A DNA stretch of 64,000 bases from contig NC_043002.1 of NCBI RefSeq assembly GCF_006345805.1, positions 90,706,001-90,770,000 of the forward strand, given 5' to 3'. The notes beneath the pieces are model-generated. The model was not told the origin of the DNA and did not search any database. It was given only the letters and a program-made list of their open reading frames with translations. The translations under genes were made by a program, and so were the position numbers. The stretch's first letter is position 1, and the number at the start of each line of letters is the position of its first letter. This DNA comes from Octopus sinensis (taxonomy: Eukaryota). Below are positions 61,831-64,000 of the stretch, piece after piece.

Positions 61831-61937
61831 GTAAAAGATCCACAGGAGTTCCTTCAAATACAATCACATCAGATTTCCCGACATGTAAAGACTTATACCA
61901 GGAGGTTGTCGTTCCAGTGTTTGCAACTCTAAAAGGA
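61831..61937 (+). CDS. PLEKHH1/2: PLEKHH1/2-like exon G
   Basis: tttgttttaattgacAG acceptor and GGA|GTATGT donor. 107 nt, phase 1 in and 0 out, (G)KRSTGVPSNTITSDFPTCKDLYQEVVVPVFATLKG. PVFATLKG resembles the PVYTTLKG(KA) motif I recall in PLEKHH1/2. Confidence 0.85.
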
Positions 61938-64000
61938 GTATGTAGAATTTTGCCTTTTTTTCCCCCTTTTCTCATTTATTTATAGGTGCAGGCACAGGTG
62001 CATGGTAAGAAGTTTACCTCCCTACTACGTAATTTCAGGTTCTGTCCCACTGCATGTCACTTTTCAGTGAACACAAACAGCACAATGGCCAGGCATGTTG
62101 TCACAGAAGATTGCAAAGAAGCATTACTGCTTGTTAAGACCATGTCATCTAATTACTACTATTATGTAATGTCAAGTCAAGGAGACAGGCAATACATATA
62201 CACATACATATGTGTTTGTATATATATGAACACATACACACACACGTTTTTTCATATGTGTCTCTGTGTGTACATGATGGGCTTCTTTTAGTTTCCATGT
62301 AACACAACCATTCACAGGGCTTTGTTGGATCCAGAGTTAAAGTAGAAGGCATGTGTCAAAGGTACCACACAAGAGGATTGAACCTGGAACTACATGATGG
62401 TAAACATGTTAGATCTCTTGCCTTGTAGATCTAAAACGATCGAATACCCATTTTATCACCCAGTGCAGCACATTTATATATTTACCCATTAAACATTATA
62501 ATTTACTTAGTATTTAAACATAAGCTGAAACATTCTTATTAAAAAAAATAGTTGCAAATGTTGTATAATGCTTCCTAACATTCTCTTTGTTTTATTGTTT
62601 ACCCTTTAATTAAGTATGACAGCTCAAACAAAGTGTGAACAAATTGTAACATTGAAAATGGCTGGTATAAAGAATTTCAAGTTGATAAAGTTGATAAAAA
62701 ATTAAGGGCTACAGTGAAAGTAAAGATCGGCCATTTTGAATTGTAAATATATAGTAAAATATTGTCAATAAATATAGCAATTGGCCTGTAAACTTTCATT
62801 AACCAAAACATAAAATGTTTTATTTTATGATAAAATGAAGAATGGGCAAATATATAGACTACACCCAGTAGACTAAACTATCTAATTCCAAATTTCTTCA
62901 ATTTACGTTGCAGAGAAATAACTACATGGCATTCTGGGAACTTTAATTTTGATATACAAGTGACCTCTATCTGAAAATATTTGTCTCATTTACTGATTGC
63001 TACAGAAACAGGGGTTAAGCATCAACTCCATAAACATTTATGGTTTTTAGAGAAGATTAGAATTTTGTCTATTTAAAATAATCTTGTCAGATTATGCCAT
63101 GGAATATGTGGTAGAAATAAATGAAGCAGAAGATGAAGGAATATAAAAGAAAGAGGAGTTATATATACACCTTATGAAATGAGATTGAATAAAAGTACAG
63201 TTGCTTAGGGCTACAGCATCAGAAATTTATTCAATATAAGAATATCTTTATATGGTTTCAACAAACAAAAAAGCAGCTAATATATCTATAAAATTATTTA
63301 TATACCGGCATTTCTTAAGAATTATTTTTTCTATAAAAATTTGCTCTATTTCCCAAAGGAATAATTTACAATATTTATATAATCTTAGAGAGAAATTTCT
63401 TTCCTTCTCTCATAAAACTATTCAAAACTTCTTGAAATATTAGCACTTGTGACATTGAACCATTTCCCACCATTTTAAGGCGGGTATATTTGTAATTTTT
63501 ACACAGAATTTAATATTGGCATATTACTGAATTTTGTGGCATTTGACTCCGAAGTAATTACAAAACTGTAGAAATATGAATACAATAATATTTCAAGCTG
63601 ATGTAGTCATGGTTGGATGCAGATCTAGCCAATATAACATAGATCAGGATGTTGTCAGTCACAGAACAATACACATATGAAATATTGAAAAATATCTCTC
63701 TTTACTTTCAATCAACTTAGGATTCCCAATTTACTTTTTGTAGAAACTTATGAATGTTTGGCTACACATAACTTAATGACAAAACAACACCAACTGAGTA
63801 TATCTGGTCTTGTACACTATTTTATTGACACTTCTACAATTAATAATGACAACAACATTAAAACGAACAATATTTAAAGAATAAACAGCAATTATTAGAA
63901 CAGCAGCAGTAACAATAGTCTCAATGTAGTCACTCAATTTGTTAGACGTAATAACCAAATCTTCCTCTACTGCAGGGGTTCTCAACAATTTTTTTTTTAC

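Overview
AT-rich, microsatellite- and SINE-dense animal genomic DNA. The repeat families match what I recall from Octopus genomes (inference, not database-checked). The window lies inside one + strand gene, a PLEKHH1/PLEKHH2 (max-1)-type protein. Seven GT-AG exons (763-900, 16994-17077, 25572-25700, 33544-33897, 42903-43310, 49708-49774, 61831-61937) splice phase-consistently into 1287 nt / 429 codons with no stop, covering the N-terminal coiled-coil and disordered region. Start and PH/MyTH4/FERM exons lie outside the window. The 6-16 kb introns hold several tRNA-derived SINE families, decayed Tc1, mariner and maT transposons, three non-autonomous Helitrons, piggyBac- and hAT-type MITEs, and Gypsy, CRE, CR1 and R4/Dong fragments. 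Two themes stand out. (1) At least six different short non-coding elements carry hammerhead-ribozyme-like cores, often in inverted or direct repeat architecture typical of Penelope-like elements. The most striking is a head-to-head palindrome (51391-53449) whose arms each read tRNA-like head, (TAA)n, hammerhead, with a Dong LINE inserted in one arm. (2) Several local templated copy events of 130-340 bp look like DNA-repair scars. Most ORFs in the supplied track are microsatellite or SINE artefacts.
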